Source of the DNA: Octopus sinensis
Lineage: Eukaryota
Assembly: GCF_006345805.1 (NCBI RefSeq)
Contig: NC_042998.1
Coordinates: forward strand, 115,072,001 to 115,136,000
Reading direction: 5' to 3'
Length of the DNA: 64,000 nt
The notes below the pieces were generated by a model. It had not been told where the DNA came from. It did no database searches and worked only from the letters and a program-made list of their open reading frames with translations. The first letter of the stretch is position 1. The number at the start of each line of letters is the position of its first letter. The position numbers were made by a program, and so were the translations under genes. Shown here one piece after another: positions 1-13,350 of this stretch.

Positions 1-151
1 ATATATATATATATATATATTATATATATTACTTTCTATTTATTTCATTTTCAATTTCGTTTAGTTTCTGTTTTTTTCTATCTTTTCGATACAGATTCAG
101 ATTAGATATACTACACATGTTATGTATGTGTGTGTATTGTGTGTGTGTATA

Positions 152-479
<328 letters not shown>

Positions 480-884
480 CTATATACATACATATGTAAA
501 TAGATAAAAATATCTATTTATAAGTATACACACACCGATATATGTATGTACACTGGTAAAATGTTTGAACATATGTATGCGTGTGTAACTGTGTGTTCGT
601 AAGTGTGCGCGTATGTGTGTGTGTAAGCTGACTATAAGATGTAAATTTCCTTTTTATAATGAAATCCGAAATACAGATGTGATTTGTACAAAAAAAATTT
701 CAGAAATAATAAATTTTTCGCTGTAACTCAAAAACAAGTGACGATGCTTTGTGACTTATTCTCTCCAAAGCAAGCAAAGAACACATTTGTTAGAATTGAT
801 GTATTACAAGCTAAAACGAACCGAGTATTGACAAAGTTTTCAGATTGACTAAGGAGACCAATTTAATATATATATATATATATG

Positions 885-1440
885 TTTGTCAGGTCACTTT
901 CGAGTGCTACTGGTAACATGTAGCCCAGAACAACCTGCTGCATGGTCGGGTCGTCGGCGACTAAACTGGCAAACCCACCAAGCTTGCTTGGTGAGGAGGG
1001 TGTTTATTGGACACCTTGCGCGATGAAAAACAAAACCCGTCAAAGGGCAGAGGAACTCTTGAGAATCAACGGCCATTCAATAAATGTCTTAAGGCTGTAT
1101 CATGCGCGGGGACATAGAAATAATCGGACTGAATACCCGATCGCGCGGTTAAACCATTGGGAGTGAAGGACTCCTAGCCTTTGTTAGGGCATCCTTCTAG
1201 GAGAAGGTAACTCAGGTAATTGGGATAACCCCGACATAAAACCTGCGGCTCAGTGGTTACCGATGATGTTGGCTTGTTCTTCTTTTCGGATTATGGCTGC
1301 TGTTGCTTAGTGAGTGGGATTGACTCAGGGCACAGCCTTTCCTCACTTTAAAAAAAATCTTCTTGCACAGGCATTGCACGATAACAACATTGATTAAGCT
1401 TCGTGCAATGACCATACTCAATAACGAGGGGGTAGCCACC
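885..1440 (+). mobile_element. Probable 5' UTR fragment of an RTE-like LINE or a derived non-autonomous element
   Basis: GC-richer block between TA tracts containing GGGCATCCTTCTAGGAGAAGGTAACTC (about 1187-1213), similar to the CTAGGAGAAGG(A)AAACTC motif I recall from RTE 5' regions. No intact ORF. Confidence 0.4.
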
Positions 1441-1460
1441 ATATATATATATATGTATAC

Positions 1461-1498
<38 letters not shown>

Positions 1499-1616
1499 AT
1501 GTATATATATATATGTATTTATATATATATATAGAGAGAGAGTGTGTGAGAGTGAGAGATACACGCAGGCATATATATATGTACATATGTGTATATGTTT
1601 GTGTGTGTTCTCAACA

Positions 1617-2275
1617 ATGACGTACTTGCTGCCTCGTCTAACAACGCCGACGTGTACACAGACACCAGATAACATGATTCTACACGCCAATGTCTCTCAA
1701 TCATACTTCATCCACACGCAATATGTGCAACGTACGCACCGAACCTACGTTAATTTTAGTAATGGAGGTCATGAATGCAAACTCCTTTGATGGCAATCCA
1801 ACCATCCGTATTTATCGTAAAAGACTCAATATCTACGCAAGTGAAGAAAGCATGACCTTCCCATATGCCCTATAAATAATGACTGCACGGCACTACATTC
1901 CTCAACAGAAATGTCGTGCCCCACAATCATCGATTAGTGAAAGTTATCAATTAGCATAGCTATAATTGCATCCTAAAGTGTAGCTCGTCTCTTTACAGTC
2001 AGACTACATTTCATTTCACAACAGGTATTGACACTCAGCAAGATTCAAATGAGACCCTCAACTGTGTACTGTTCTCGCATGTGGAATATTGTTGTTCTGA
2101 TGCTCATGGCTATCTTGGATCACATCCAGAGAAGAGTTACTCGGTTGATTGGTATTTCATCACTATTGGAGGTATTCCAGCCTTTTTCTCACAGACGCGC
2201 TTGCAGCTGGTTTGTCTTTCACCTCCGCAACTTAAATACACTCGTTCCATGAGCCTCTACTAATGATGCTTTCAC
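1617..2275 (+). mobile_element. Decayed CR1/L2-like LINE reverse transcriptase, C-terminal part
   Basis: Frameshifted translation gives PDNMILH (YADD-like), IAS*SVARLFTVRLHFISQQVLTLSKIQMRPSTVYCSRMW and LDHIQRRVTRLIG...QPFSHRR. These match the CR1-type tail LLTLYKAQIRPxLEYCSHIW...LDRIQRRAxRLI...LQPLSHRR. Confidence 0.75.
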
Positions 2276-2276
2276 T

Positions 2277-2520
2277 CTGTGGTTTAATGGTCAGGATATT
2301 TGGTTCATGACACAAGATTGTGAATTTGATTCCTGACGGTGCCTTGAGACCTTGAGCAAGACACTTTATTTCACGTTGCTGTAGCCCACTCAACTGGCAA
2401 AAAAATGTGTTGCATTTCTTATTTAAAGGACCAGCCCTGTCGCATTCTGTGTCACACTGAATCTTCCTGAGTACTACGTTAAGGGTACGCGAGTCCTTAG
2501 AGTGCTGAGCCACAGAACGC
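2277..2520 (+). mobile_element. tRNA-derived SINE, family C (truncated)
   Basis: A-box-like GGTTTAATGG, degenerate B-box, CCTTGAGCAAGACACTTT core, then GAATCTTCCTGAGTACTACGTTAAGGGTAC shared with the copies at 34855 and 48195. Confidence 0.65.
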
Positions 2521-3167
2521 CAGTGATTTTTCCCCCGCACATATGTCTGTTCTTAATGTTTCATCCCAGGAACATCGTCCCCCTCGAATCCCACAAAGCT
2601 GACATCTTCCTGCGGGTGTTGATTTGTAAAAGTTTAAACACGACCTCACTACGTATTTGATATGGTGCTTCTTCATCGATATTTAATTGCAAAAGCGTAA
2701 CTGACCGCTATTGACGAAATGATTTGCTAGCGTCGCCCGTTTTCCTCGGTAAATATCAACTGGGACACTTACTGCGATAACAAATTATAAACAAATGAAA
2801 ACACATTCATTGTATTCCTTAATTCTTTTTATACCTCCTTACTACCTGCATTGTTCGACTCGGCGCCCTTTACTATTTATTGGGGGGCGAAACAATGTAC
2901 GATTTGTCACAGGATCTACAATTTGTGAAATTATCCGGTAAAGACGACCACATTTCCACTCTTTGAAAGCATAAAAGGAATCAATTTTTATTGTTCTATA
3001 TTTCATTATCACAGCTAAATATTTCTAAAATTTAAATTCTGCTGCTTTATGCATTTAAAAACGATCTCTCTAAAACACAACTATCCAAATCAAGCTATCA
3101 ACTGAGTTCATAGCTTAACTGTTGATTGCATTATATAGCAGCTGAAAAATTATGCTAGCTTAGGAGA

Positions 3168-3293
3168 CTGAGGGCATCTGTACTGAGGAGCGATCTGTAC
3201 TGAGGGCGTCTGTATTGAGGAACAATCTGTATTGAGGAACAATCTGTACTGAGGAACAATCTGTACTGAGGGCGTCTGTACTGAGGAGCGATC
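3168..3293. repeat. Minisatellite of 15/17-bp units (about 8 copies)
   Basis: Units CTGAGGGCRTCTGTA, CTGAGGAGCGATCTGTA and YTGAGGAACAATCTGTA read directly. Confidence 0.92.
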
Positions 3294-3459
3294 AACAAAC
3301 AGTTTCCGCGTAGCAAATGTATATTTATGTGTTTACAACGCTCTTAACTGATTCGACATCACAGCTAAGGATTTATATGTCGGATTTGAATGTAATTTGA
3401 ATGACCTATGTTAATAAAAGTGTTATATTTAATTTTGCATTATATTCGGTATAACATTC

Positions 3460-3810
3460 ATCTGTGGGATCTATTCAATTTGACGGCCAGATTTTTTAAT
3501 TATTTTTCTTTAACTAAACACATTGAAACTTCAACAAACCTATCATCAAAAGCATTCCAGCATTCAGCAAACGGTCTTTTTACAGATAATCTACGACATT
3601 ACGTACAATGGGCGTGTGATTTAGGTAGGAGGATACTTGAGCTGCTAATTTTAGCATGTCGAGCGACCAGGAAGAGGCTCTTTCATTGGTTCAATTACGT
3701 GATGAGATATTTTTGCACATACATGTATATATATCATCGGCATATATGTATATATATCTTTGGCACTTATCAAACACGAATTTGGCCATTGTCAATCTGT
3801 AACTTCTGCC
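3460..3810 (+). repeat. Dispersed repeat, copy 1 (inverted copy at 44585-44960)
   Basis: CAATGGGCGTGTGATTTAGGTAGG...GGCACTTATCAAACACGAATTTG matches the reverse complement of 44600-44890. Confidence 0.85.
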
Positions 3811-3821
3811 TATTGTTAATG

Positions 3822-3852
<31 letters not shown>

Positions 3853-4282
3853 CATCGTTTTATCAATGGACCCGGAACTTGTTCGCAAACAGAAGCAGTA
3901 ATTTTCTTCAGGTGATTACACGTCATTGATACAAAATTTTGTCAAAAACGTTAAGAGTAAACCTTGTTCTATGTGACACATTCTACCAGTAACGGAAGTT
4001 TCAAAGTGTTTAGTAAAAAAAAAGAAAATTTTAAATCTGGCCTTCAAATTGAATAGATTCCGTCCGTGTGCGTCCACACACACGCGCGCGCGCACACAGA
4101 CATGTATACCTTTGATTTAACTGAATGTATAATTGACTTATATAGTTAAATGTTTTGCATGGACACCTAATTTAGTTTGAGTTCTATACGGAATCTTATG
4201 TAATTCCCTCCGCCAGATTGCCTCAAGTCATTTCCATAGTGTGTATCTGTTTTATTCTTTGAACAACTGTTAAAAATAATAC

Positions 4283-4292
<10 letters not shown>

Positions 4293-4378
<86 letters not shown>
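4293..4378. repeat. (TG)n microsatellite
   Basis: Perfect TG run of about 40 units. Confidence 0.98.
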
Positions 4379-4380
<2 letters not shown>

Positions 4381-4968
4381 CGTATGTGTGTGTTTGTATG
4401 TTATAGCGCTTGAAATATTATCCTTATGTGTACAAATGTGGACATACAGAGATAATCAGAAACCTAAGGATACACCAATATATGGACAGATAGTTCAACG
4501 CAAAATAACTACTATTATTTTGTAGCCACTGACAGAAGAGTAAGGCTGAATTTCTTAGATCACAACGCATGATCACTGTATGGTGTATTTTTATGATTAG
4601 AACCTCCTTTTACATTAAATCTTTAAAAATATATCACAAAACTTTTGGTATACGAAACACAATTGGAATTTTGTTGATAGCAATGAAAACACTGAAAAAA
4701 TAACAAACTGACTTTGAAATCACGGAGAAAATGATTAGAAAACTTCGAACAATGGACTTGGTAAGAATGGTAGAGATGAGATACAAAAATTTTTTTGGTT
4801 GCGGTTGTTGAAATTCCCGGTTGCGTAAAACACGCGCACGCATCCACCCACATCGGCGCTTATATACCATACATACATGCACTTATATATATAGTTGTAT
4901 GTGACTTTTATATAAATCTATATATGTATATATTCATGTAAGTACATACGTGCATATACATACATACA

Positions 4969-5002
<34 letters not shown>

Positions 5003-5066
5003 GACAGATATAGATATATACATGCATATATATATATATATATATATGCAAACATATATACGTATA

Positions 5067-5114
<48 letters not shown>

Positions 5115-5483
5115 TATAGAGAAATATACGTGCATAGGTATTTATATGTGTATGTATGTATATACATAAATACATGTGTACTGGGTTAATAAGTATTTAA
5201 TTGTTCTTGATGCAGAATGGCCTAATGAATACATGCACCTACCCCAGCAAATACTTCGGCAGATGAACGCACAATTAATACAGACACATATAAATAACAT
5301 GCGCACGCGCACACACGCACATAAAACACACATACACACTCGCGCACACAGACACGCACAAGCACAGGTACACTCATGCACGCACAATTTCTTAAAGCAG
5401 AGAAATCCATATTTCTTCACACACCTTAATATACACAGTGACCTGTGTCATGAAGACAATGTTTTCGGGCCGAAAGTTTGAGG

Positions 5484-5712
5484 ATACCTATTTCTTTACT
5501 ACCCACAAGGGGCTAAATACAGAGAGGACAAACAAGGACAGACAAATGGATTAAGTCGATTATATCGACCCCACTGCGTAACTGGTACTTATTTAATCAA
5601 CCCTGAAAGGATGAAAGGCAAAGTCAACCTCGGCGGAATTTGACCTCAGAACGTAACGGCAGACGAAATACTGCTAAGCATTTCGCCCGGCGTGCTAACG
5701 TTTCTGCCACCA
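5484..5712 (-). mobile_element. tRNA-derived SINE, family A (near full length)
   Basis: Minus strand reads GGCAGAAACGTTAGCACGCCGGGCGAAATGCTTAGC...GAGGTCAAATTCCGCCGAGG...GGGGTCGATATAATCGACT...GTAAAGAAATAGG. Many homologues in the window. Confidence 0.9.
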
Positions 5713-5901
5713 GGTGCACTGTTGGCTTACGACAGAACGTTATATCTCTTGCTAAATTATGGCAGTCTTTTGTATATACCCACACTCTTGCAGACATACA
5801 CACTGCTATGACGAACCCATGTATCTTTCTTCTAGAAGACTTAATAGATAAGAGGGAGGTGGAAAAGATGCAAACAAAAAAAAACGCAGAAAGATATATA
5901 T

Positions 5902-5956
<55 letters not shown>

Positions 5957-6155
5957 AGAGGGAGAGAGAGAGAGAGAAAGAGGGAGAGAGCTTCCGAAGA
6001 AAAGTATTTTGAGAAAGAAAACTTTAGATCCAAAATATTTACACGGGAGAGATGAAACCCTTTACTTGTATGAAGAGTTTGCTTGGATGTGTCTAATGAC
6101 TAATAATTACTTTTTTCTCTCGTACAAATAGAAGCAGAATATTTGGGTCTATGTA

Positions 6156-6460
6156 TTAAAATACAATACTGGCTTCCACAATTTCTTTAGTATTATGCTC
6201 TTTTCTGCAATGTAGAATTTGTATTTGTTGGTAGCTTTTAAGGATTGTTTTGACATTTTGCTTGTAGCTAATGCCATTCTCTTCTTGTAACTGCCAAACG
6301 TTTTGTGTTGAATGAGACATTTTGGTTGACATTTTAGTTTGAGAGATCCTTTGACCAACCCGATGCACTGTTTTTCCTATGATGTTCTGTTCCGCATCCA
6401 CATACTCGAAGTCTGTCACATGAAATATGGTATCAGTGTCTATCCATTCAGTGACTATGC
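6156..6460 (-). mobile_element. Decayed Penelope-like GIY-YIG endonuclease C-terminus
   Basis: TIFHVTDFEYVDAEQNIIGKTVHRVGQRISQ...QIQILHCRKEHNTKEIVEASIVF resembles VIYxITC..YIGxTxRxLxxRIxEH...VQILHxExxxxKRxILEAxYI. Recognised by eye only. Confidence 0.5.
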
Positions 6461-6789
6461 ACTAGGAGTGCTGCAGCAACATCCCGCTTCAGAAGTTTAG
6501 TTGTTTTCATGTAAGATAATTTATTTTTGTTAGGGCTATATTCTTAACAGCATGTGTAGTGAACACATTTCAGTAATTGTACTCATGTGGACAGTGTGGA
6601 TCTATTAAGTTTAGGATCAAATCTCTATTAAACCTAGAATTGAAGTGAGACGGGATAAAAGAATGACTTCCTTCTCATCGTTGTCCTGGTAGTTGAAAGG
6701 GTTGTAAATGATCTTATCCTTGAAATTAAAGGTCTGTAGGGTATTATGGTAATAAGGTTTCACCTTAACGAATATCATTTGCGACGTGG

Positions 6790-7079
6790 CTTTTCTAGAT
6801 TCCTTTGCTTATTTTACAAGACTTTTGAACACCTCTGGTTGTTGAAGATACAACTCGTCTACAAACTTTGTAGACGAATGATCTGGCAACTTTTAAAAAT
6901 CGAGATATTTCTAAATCGCTATTGTCAGCCTTTAAAACTACAATATCAGCATGCCTCTTCATTTCTTGAGTAAGGTGATGGTCTGGTATTATTATTTTCT
7001 GAAACAAAGATTGTACGGTGCTAGCAAAAAAATGCAGCAATTGCCCAAAAATGTATGTCCCCAAATACCTTACCACCCG
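6790..7079 (-). mobile_element. Tc1/mariner (maT-like) 5' remnant: TIR plus HTH N-terminus
   Basis: TA-CGGGTGGTAAGGTATTTGGGGACATAC terminus, then MKRHADIVVLKADNSDLEISRFLKVARSFVYKV. The same terminus occurs at 48854. Confidence 0.7.
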
Positions 7080-7145
7080 ATATATATATATATATATATA
7101 TATGTATCTATGTATGTATGTATGTATGTATGTATGTATGTATAT

Positions 7146-7250
7146 AGACGTGGTATGATCAGTAAGTATCCGGATTGTTGCCATAGTAACGAAGCTAAAG
7201 CACGCAAAGTAAAGCCGCTTTGCACAGATTGACCATCAATTCTGCTGTTT
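7146..7250 (+). mobile_element. mariner-type 5' terminal fragment
   Basis: GACGTGGTATGATCAGTAAGTATCCGGA resembles mariner TIR starts (TACGxGGTxTGATCAAxAAGT). Abuts a TA tract. Confidence 0.45.
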
Positions 7251-7577
7251 CAGGCCACTAAGTTTCGGGCCTTGTGCGAGGTGTAGAAAAGAATATTCAT
7301 GCATATGTGTTATGTATTTGTGTGTGTGGGTTTGTGTGTGTGTAGGGGGGGTGCGCGCTTGTATACATGCATACATTTCCCGCCCGCGCATGAGTGTGTC
7401 TGTATACATGCATGCACTTCACGCACGTGTGTTCGTGTGAGTAAAAATAAATCATTTCCTTTGTCTTTATGTATATTTACAATGAAAACATTTACCTGCA
7501 CTACTTATGTGTGCATTTATGTATACACGCACACACACAAGTACATGCATCAATACATGTATATATGATGTGTGTGA

Positions 7578-7618
<41 letters not shown>

Positions 7619-8366
7619 GGCATACACAATAAATATATATTGTCATAAGAAGAGGAGAAATTAGGGAAAGACAGAGAGTAGGAGGAGAGAAAGGTTGAAA
7701 GACAGAGAGGGTGAAAGGAGCTAAGAGAGAGTGTACGATATGGGTGCGCAAGTAGAAATATCGGATACTTATATAATTATCAGCATGTAAGCGTATATCT
7801 ACCAAAAAAAAACAAAAAAAAACGAAAATGAAAACTTAATAATAATCAGCAACTAAATATATGAATAAATAAAAAAAAAAAAGGTTTACACAAAGATGAT
7901 CCATGCGATATGTATAAAAACAAACAGAATGTCATGAAAACGACTAATTAGTTAACATGTAATTAGACAGAAGATGAGAAGACGAGAAAATATACTGTGT
8001 CCTGGTATAAGTTTTTTTTTATTATTTGCGTGTGAGGATGAAGGTATATGTTGTTTTAATATGATACGGCAATGTGTATTTGTCACGTGCTGAGGTTTTG
8101 TAGACACAGCTCTGTGTGTGTGTGAGACAGAAGAATGAAAGTATTTGTCATTAATAATGCATTGGTTATACCTGCGCGTGTATGTGTGTATATACATATG
8201 TAAGTAGATATATATGCGTGAGATAGTGTTTGGGTGTATACGTACATTTTACATGTATATATAAAACGCATACACAGCATACAGACACACACTAAAGTAG
8301 GCATATTCATTCACTTATATACACACATATTTATATATACACACGTATATATATAGATACATACAT

Positions 8367-8389
<23 letters not shown>

Positions 8390-8400
<11 letters not shown>

Positions 8401-8477
8401 GTATACATATATATATATATACATACATACATACATAAATATATATTTTCATATATATATTTATATATATACACACG

Positions 8478-8516
<39 letters not shown>

Positions 8517-9041
8517 ATGGATAGAGAGAGAGAGACATATATACATATATGTTTTCCTATATATTGATATATATTTCTATATAGATACTTATATTTATAT
8601 ATATACACACATGTATATATAAGTTTACATTCATGCCCATATAAATATATATACATATATACTTATGTGTGTATGCATGTATGTTTGTATGTATGTATGT
8701 ATGTATGTATGTATGTATAGCGTGTGTTTCTATATGATTATTGAAACACGCATTTGTTAATAAAGGGCGTGTATAGCATAGCTATATTAGTTGATTATAC
8801 ATGTTTGTGTATGCACGAGCTTGCTAGTGTGTATGTGTATATTTGTGTTTGTCTACGCAAGTGTAGTAGATTTTTTAGCATAGATACGTTAGTTTTATTG
8901 TACGTTATTCGTTGTTTGTTTCATCTTTATGTAGTACATCTTTTCCTTGTCACAGATGAGTTTGACTGTTGAATCACGTTCATACCAAATTGTGCTTATA
9001 TATGCCTAAACTTACACACATATATATATGCGTATATAATC

Positions 9042-9076
<35 letters not shown>

Positions 9077-9260
9077 CATGTATGTATGTATGTATATATG
9101 CATGTGTGTATGTATACATGCATATATATGTATATGTTTGTGTGAGTCTGTGTATAATATATACATACGTATATATATATATATATGTATACATATATAT
9201 ATATATACATACATACATACATAAATATATATTTTCATATATATATTTATATATACACAC

Positions 9261-9324
<64 letters not shown>

Positions 9325-9849
9325 ATGGATAGAGAGAGAGAGACATATATACATATATGTTTTCCTATATATTGATATATATTTCTATATAGATACTTAT
9401 ATTTATATATATACACACATGTATATATAAGTTTACATTCATGCCCATATAAATATATATACATATATACTTATGTGTGTATGCATGTATGTTTGTATGT
9501 TTGTATGTATGTATGTATGTATGTATAGCGTGTGTTTCTATATGATTATTGAAACACGCATTTGTTAATAAAGGGCGTGTATAGCATAGCTATATTAGTT
9601 GATTATACATGTTTGTGTATGCACGAGCTTGCTAGTGTGTATGTGTATATTTGTGTTTGTCTACGCAAGTGTAGTAGATTTTTTAGCATAGATACGTTAG
9701 TTTTATTGTACGTTATTCGTTGTTTGTTTCATCTTTATGTAGTACATCTTTTCCTTGTCACAGATGAGTTTGACTGTTGAATCACGTTCATACCAAATTG
9801 TGCTTATATATGCCTAAACTTACACACATATATATATGCGTATATAATC

Positions 9850-9884
<35 letters not shown>

Positions 9885-9995
9885 CATGTATGTATGTATG
9901 TATATATGCATGTGTGTATGTATACATGCATATATATGTATATGTTTGTGTGAGTCTGTGTATAATATATACATACGTATATATATATATATATG
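8390..9995. repeat. Tandem duplication of an ~808-bp unit
   Basis: Identical non-repetitive core: ORFs 8754-8972 and 9562-9780 are identical at offset 808. Visible differences are in microsatellite length. Confidence 0.95.
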
Positions 9996-10038
9996 TATGT
10001 TTATATCTGTATATATATATATATATAGATAGATATAG

Positions 10039-10070
<32 letters not shown>

Positions 10071-11779
10071 ATATATATACATATTCGCCTGTCTATTTAA
10101 ATATTAAGATGTATATTTAAATAATTACACACAAAGACATATATGCATATAAACATTATAAACGTACATTTACACACACACACACATATATATACATCCA
10201 TACACATATATTTTGAGTATGCGTTTGTGAGTGTGTGTGTATATATATTATCTGTATATATTACATATGTAATATAAACTTATCTGTGAATTTATGTGTA
10301 TCCATATAGATATATAAATATATGCAAATATATCATATGTATATGTATTTTATAAATAACAATGCGCAAGTATTGTTAGATAAGTAAATTTCTTTACTTT
10401 TTCTCTGTCTTACACATTGCCAGCAGCTATGTAAATTAATTACGGTGGCAACAGCTATAATTTCCTAACTTAATTGCGGATACAACCTACACTTGTATTG
10501 TAAATTCCAATATGTTTTTCTTACCTGAAATACTAGTTTTAACATCTATTTAGTTTCTTCGTATTTGTGTAAATAATATTCTTTAAACATGAAAACAGTG
10601 CGAAGGAAAATATTGCATTTAAGCATAATATTTACCTTCTCAGTAATAATTAGGGAAATGTAAAAATTCAGCTCATTTGCGACCGTAATGAACAGTATTA
10701 TTATATTTCTCGGAAGCCGGCCATATTGTTTTGTATTTTACACTTAGAAATAAAAGGAAGATAGCAGACGTTCTTCCTATCTCACATATTAGTTTATTGT
10801 ATGATAATTTTGCAAGGTCTAATATATGATATGTTACCTTCCTTCCATGTTTTTCATCACCAGCTACTATTTTTTTTTAATCAGTATATGTAGCATAAGA
10901 CAAAACTTCAGCGGTTCGATTCATATATGGATTGCGTTTTGTAGTAAGAAGCATTCCACACAGAATCTCAGGCTGGGTGAATGTCTGAATGAAGTACATA
11001 CAGAATGAAAGAACTACGCTTCGATGTCAGAAGGTACCATGCTTATCGCAGTTTAGAGCTGTAAGCTCTGCGTAGCAATGTAAAGTCAACAGTTTTTCGT
11101 TAACTTGCAATCTTCGTTTATCTCTTGCTTGCTATCATGTATCAAAGGCATAAATGAATGTTAGAAGAAAAACATTTATCCTATTGAGAAGATAAATATA
11201 TTCAGACCAATATACATCCACCTCCAGGGATTTCATACAAATTATTATAAGTGAACATCATTATTTGTATTTTTGATTGTGAAAAATAGTTCTGTATAAT
11301 TTTTGCATTTATTGTTTTGAAGAAAAATGCGTTTCTAGAGCAAAGAACGTACATATACGAACTGCTGATTTTTTGTATATTTATAAGCTGATTTCGCTTA
11401 CAGGCTGATCTAGCTTGATTATAGTATTGCAAATAAAAGTATATCTATTTTCTCTATGAAATCCTTTGATAACGATGATTAATATTGATTTTAGCATGTA
11501 TGTAATCCCTGACGTAACTATATTTTTGTTGAAAAATTCCGGACGGCTTTCGTTGTTTGATTGCAAATTTAATCTTGATTTAAAATACGTATTTCAATAC
11601 ACATAGTGGTATGTAAAGATTAACATTCTCCAGCCAGACCAGAACAAATTGAAACAAGAGAAATCAGAAATATATCACTACATTGATTTTTAAAAGAATC
11701 GAATATGTGTATGTGTGTGTGTATAGACAGAGATAAATAGATATAGATATAGATAAAGATATATAGACAGAGATAAAAC

Positions 11780-11815
<36 letters not shown>

Positions 11816-11860
11816 GTGTGTGTGTGTGTGTGTGTGTATGTGTGTGTGTATGTATGTGTA

Positions 11861-11905
<45 letters not shown>

Positions 11906-13163
11906 TCACACGCACACATAAAGCTACTGAGAGCGGTATTGAGCTCCAGTATTGCTAGAAATAAGAGCCAAAACAGCTCATAGCCCCAGTAAAGCACCGT
12001 CTTATTTACTGACAAAGGAGGGAAGCTCCCGAAGCACCGGGCGTAGCCAGATTAGCAGTGATTTCGCATTTACATTAATGCTCGTCAGTCACTCTCACCG
12101 GCGCCTTGGGTTAAACTCAACTCGCCTTGTCAGCTTATAAGATCACCATAGAAATCATACGCTGATTTCTTAAATGATAATGGTGTAAATCTTAGTATAG
12201 TGGGCCTTATGTCTGTCTATCTGTTCCTTTTTCACGGTCAATCGGCTGGACCAATGGTCACGATATTTTCTGGAATAAAGAAGGAGGTAACCAGGAAGGT
12301 TTTTCGCGAAAGAAATGTGAAAAAGTATGCTACTGAGTTTTGTATTAATAAATCACCTTTAAATTTTTTGTTAAAATTCCGGTGACGAGGATAAACTCTG
12401 GATTCCACCCCACCCCCACTGTATAGTTCTTGAATTTAAAGGGTTTAAATTTGCGATACTGTCCTTTTATTCCCCGTCGTAGATGGACAGGTTCCAAAAC
12501 ATTCTGCTTGCGCCTTCACAGCATAAAAGGCACAAGGTCAGACTTAAGATTGTGTAGGTGTATTTTTACCCACTCCGACGTTTACACACTGCCAGTTATA
12601 CGTCGCTATGCGTAGACCGATGGACTTCAGTAATCTGAAAATTAGTGTCAGCCAAACAGAAAACATCGTCAGCAAAGAAGTTTTGTAATCATATTGATAT
12701 TATCGAAAGGAAAATGATTCATAATTTAAATAAGGAAATTTATGAACTTTGAATGTACAAGTGTATAAACACACGTAAATAGTGTAAATAACTAAATCAA
12801 AAATACACTTAAATAACATTTTTTTTTTCTTAATACATTTTGAAGTAGAGGTTGAAGGAATCTGGGAGCCTGTTTCAGTTCGGGAGTAAACCGTCATCTC
12901 TTAGTCGCAAACACATGTCATATAGCTGCAATAGAATGTTGTATCACAAAAAAATGTGATTTCTCTAAGACATCACCCAGTTATCTTTCAAATCCATTCA
13001 TTTAAATATTTCTCAATATATTCTGCTGTTATGACTTCTCTCCCGCATGTCATGCCTCCTTCGTAGATAGGTAGATTTGCTAGTTATAAATAATAAGGCT
13101 GGTTTGTTAGCAATTTTTCAGCCGAAACGCAAAAATATTCAGCACCAGTATTGCTAGAAATAA

Positions 13164-13164
<1 letters not shown>

Positions 13165-13237
<73 letters not shown>

Positions 13238-13261
13238 CACACACCACACACACACAAACAC

Positions 13262-13348
<87 letters not shown>

Positions 13349-13350
13349 AC
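13165..13350. repeat. (CA)n microsatellite
   Basis: About 185 bp of interrupted CA run. Confidence 0.98.

Noticed and set aside
3168-3293. CRISPR-like array (also considered for 50384-50478)
   Set aside because: Head-to-tail units with no unique spacers, eukaryotic context and no cas genes.
3408-3929. 173-aa ORF as a host gene
   Set aside because: It crosses a dispersed repeat and TA runs. The second repeat copy conserves a different frame.
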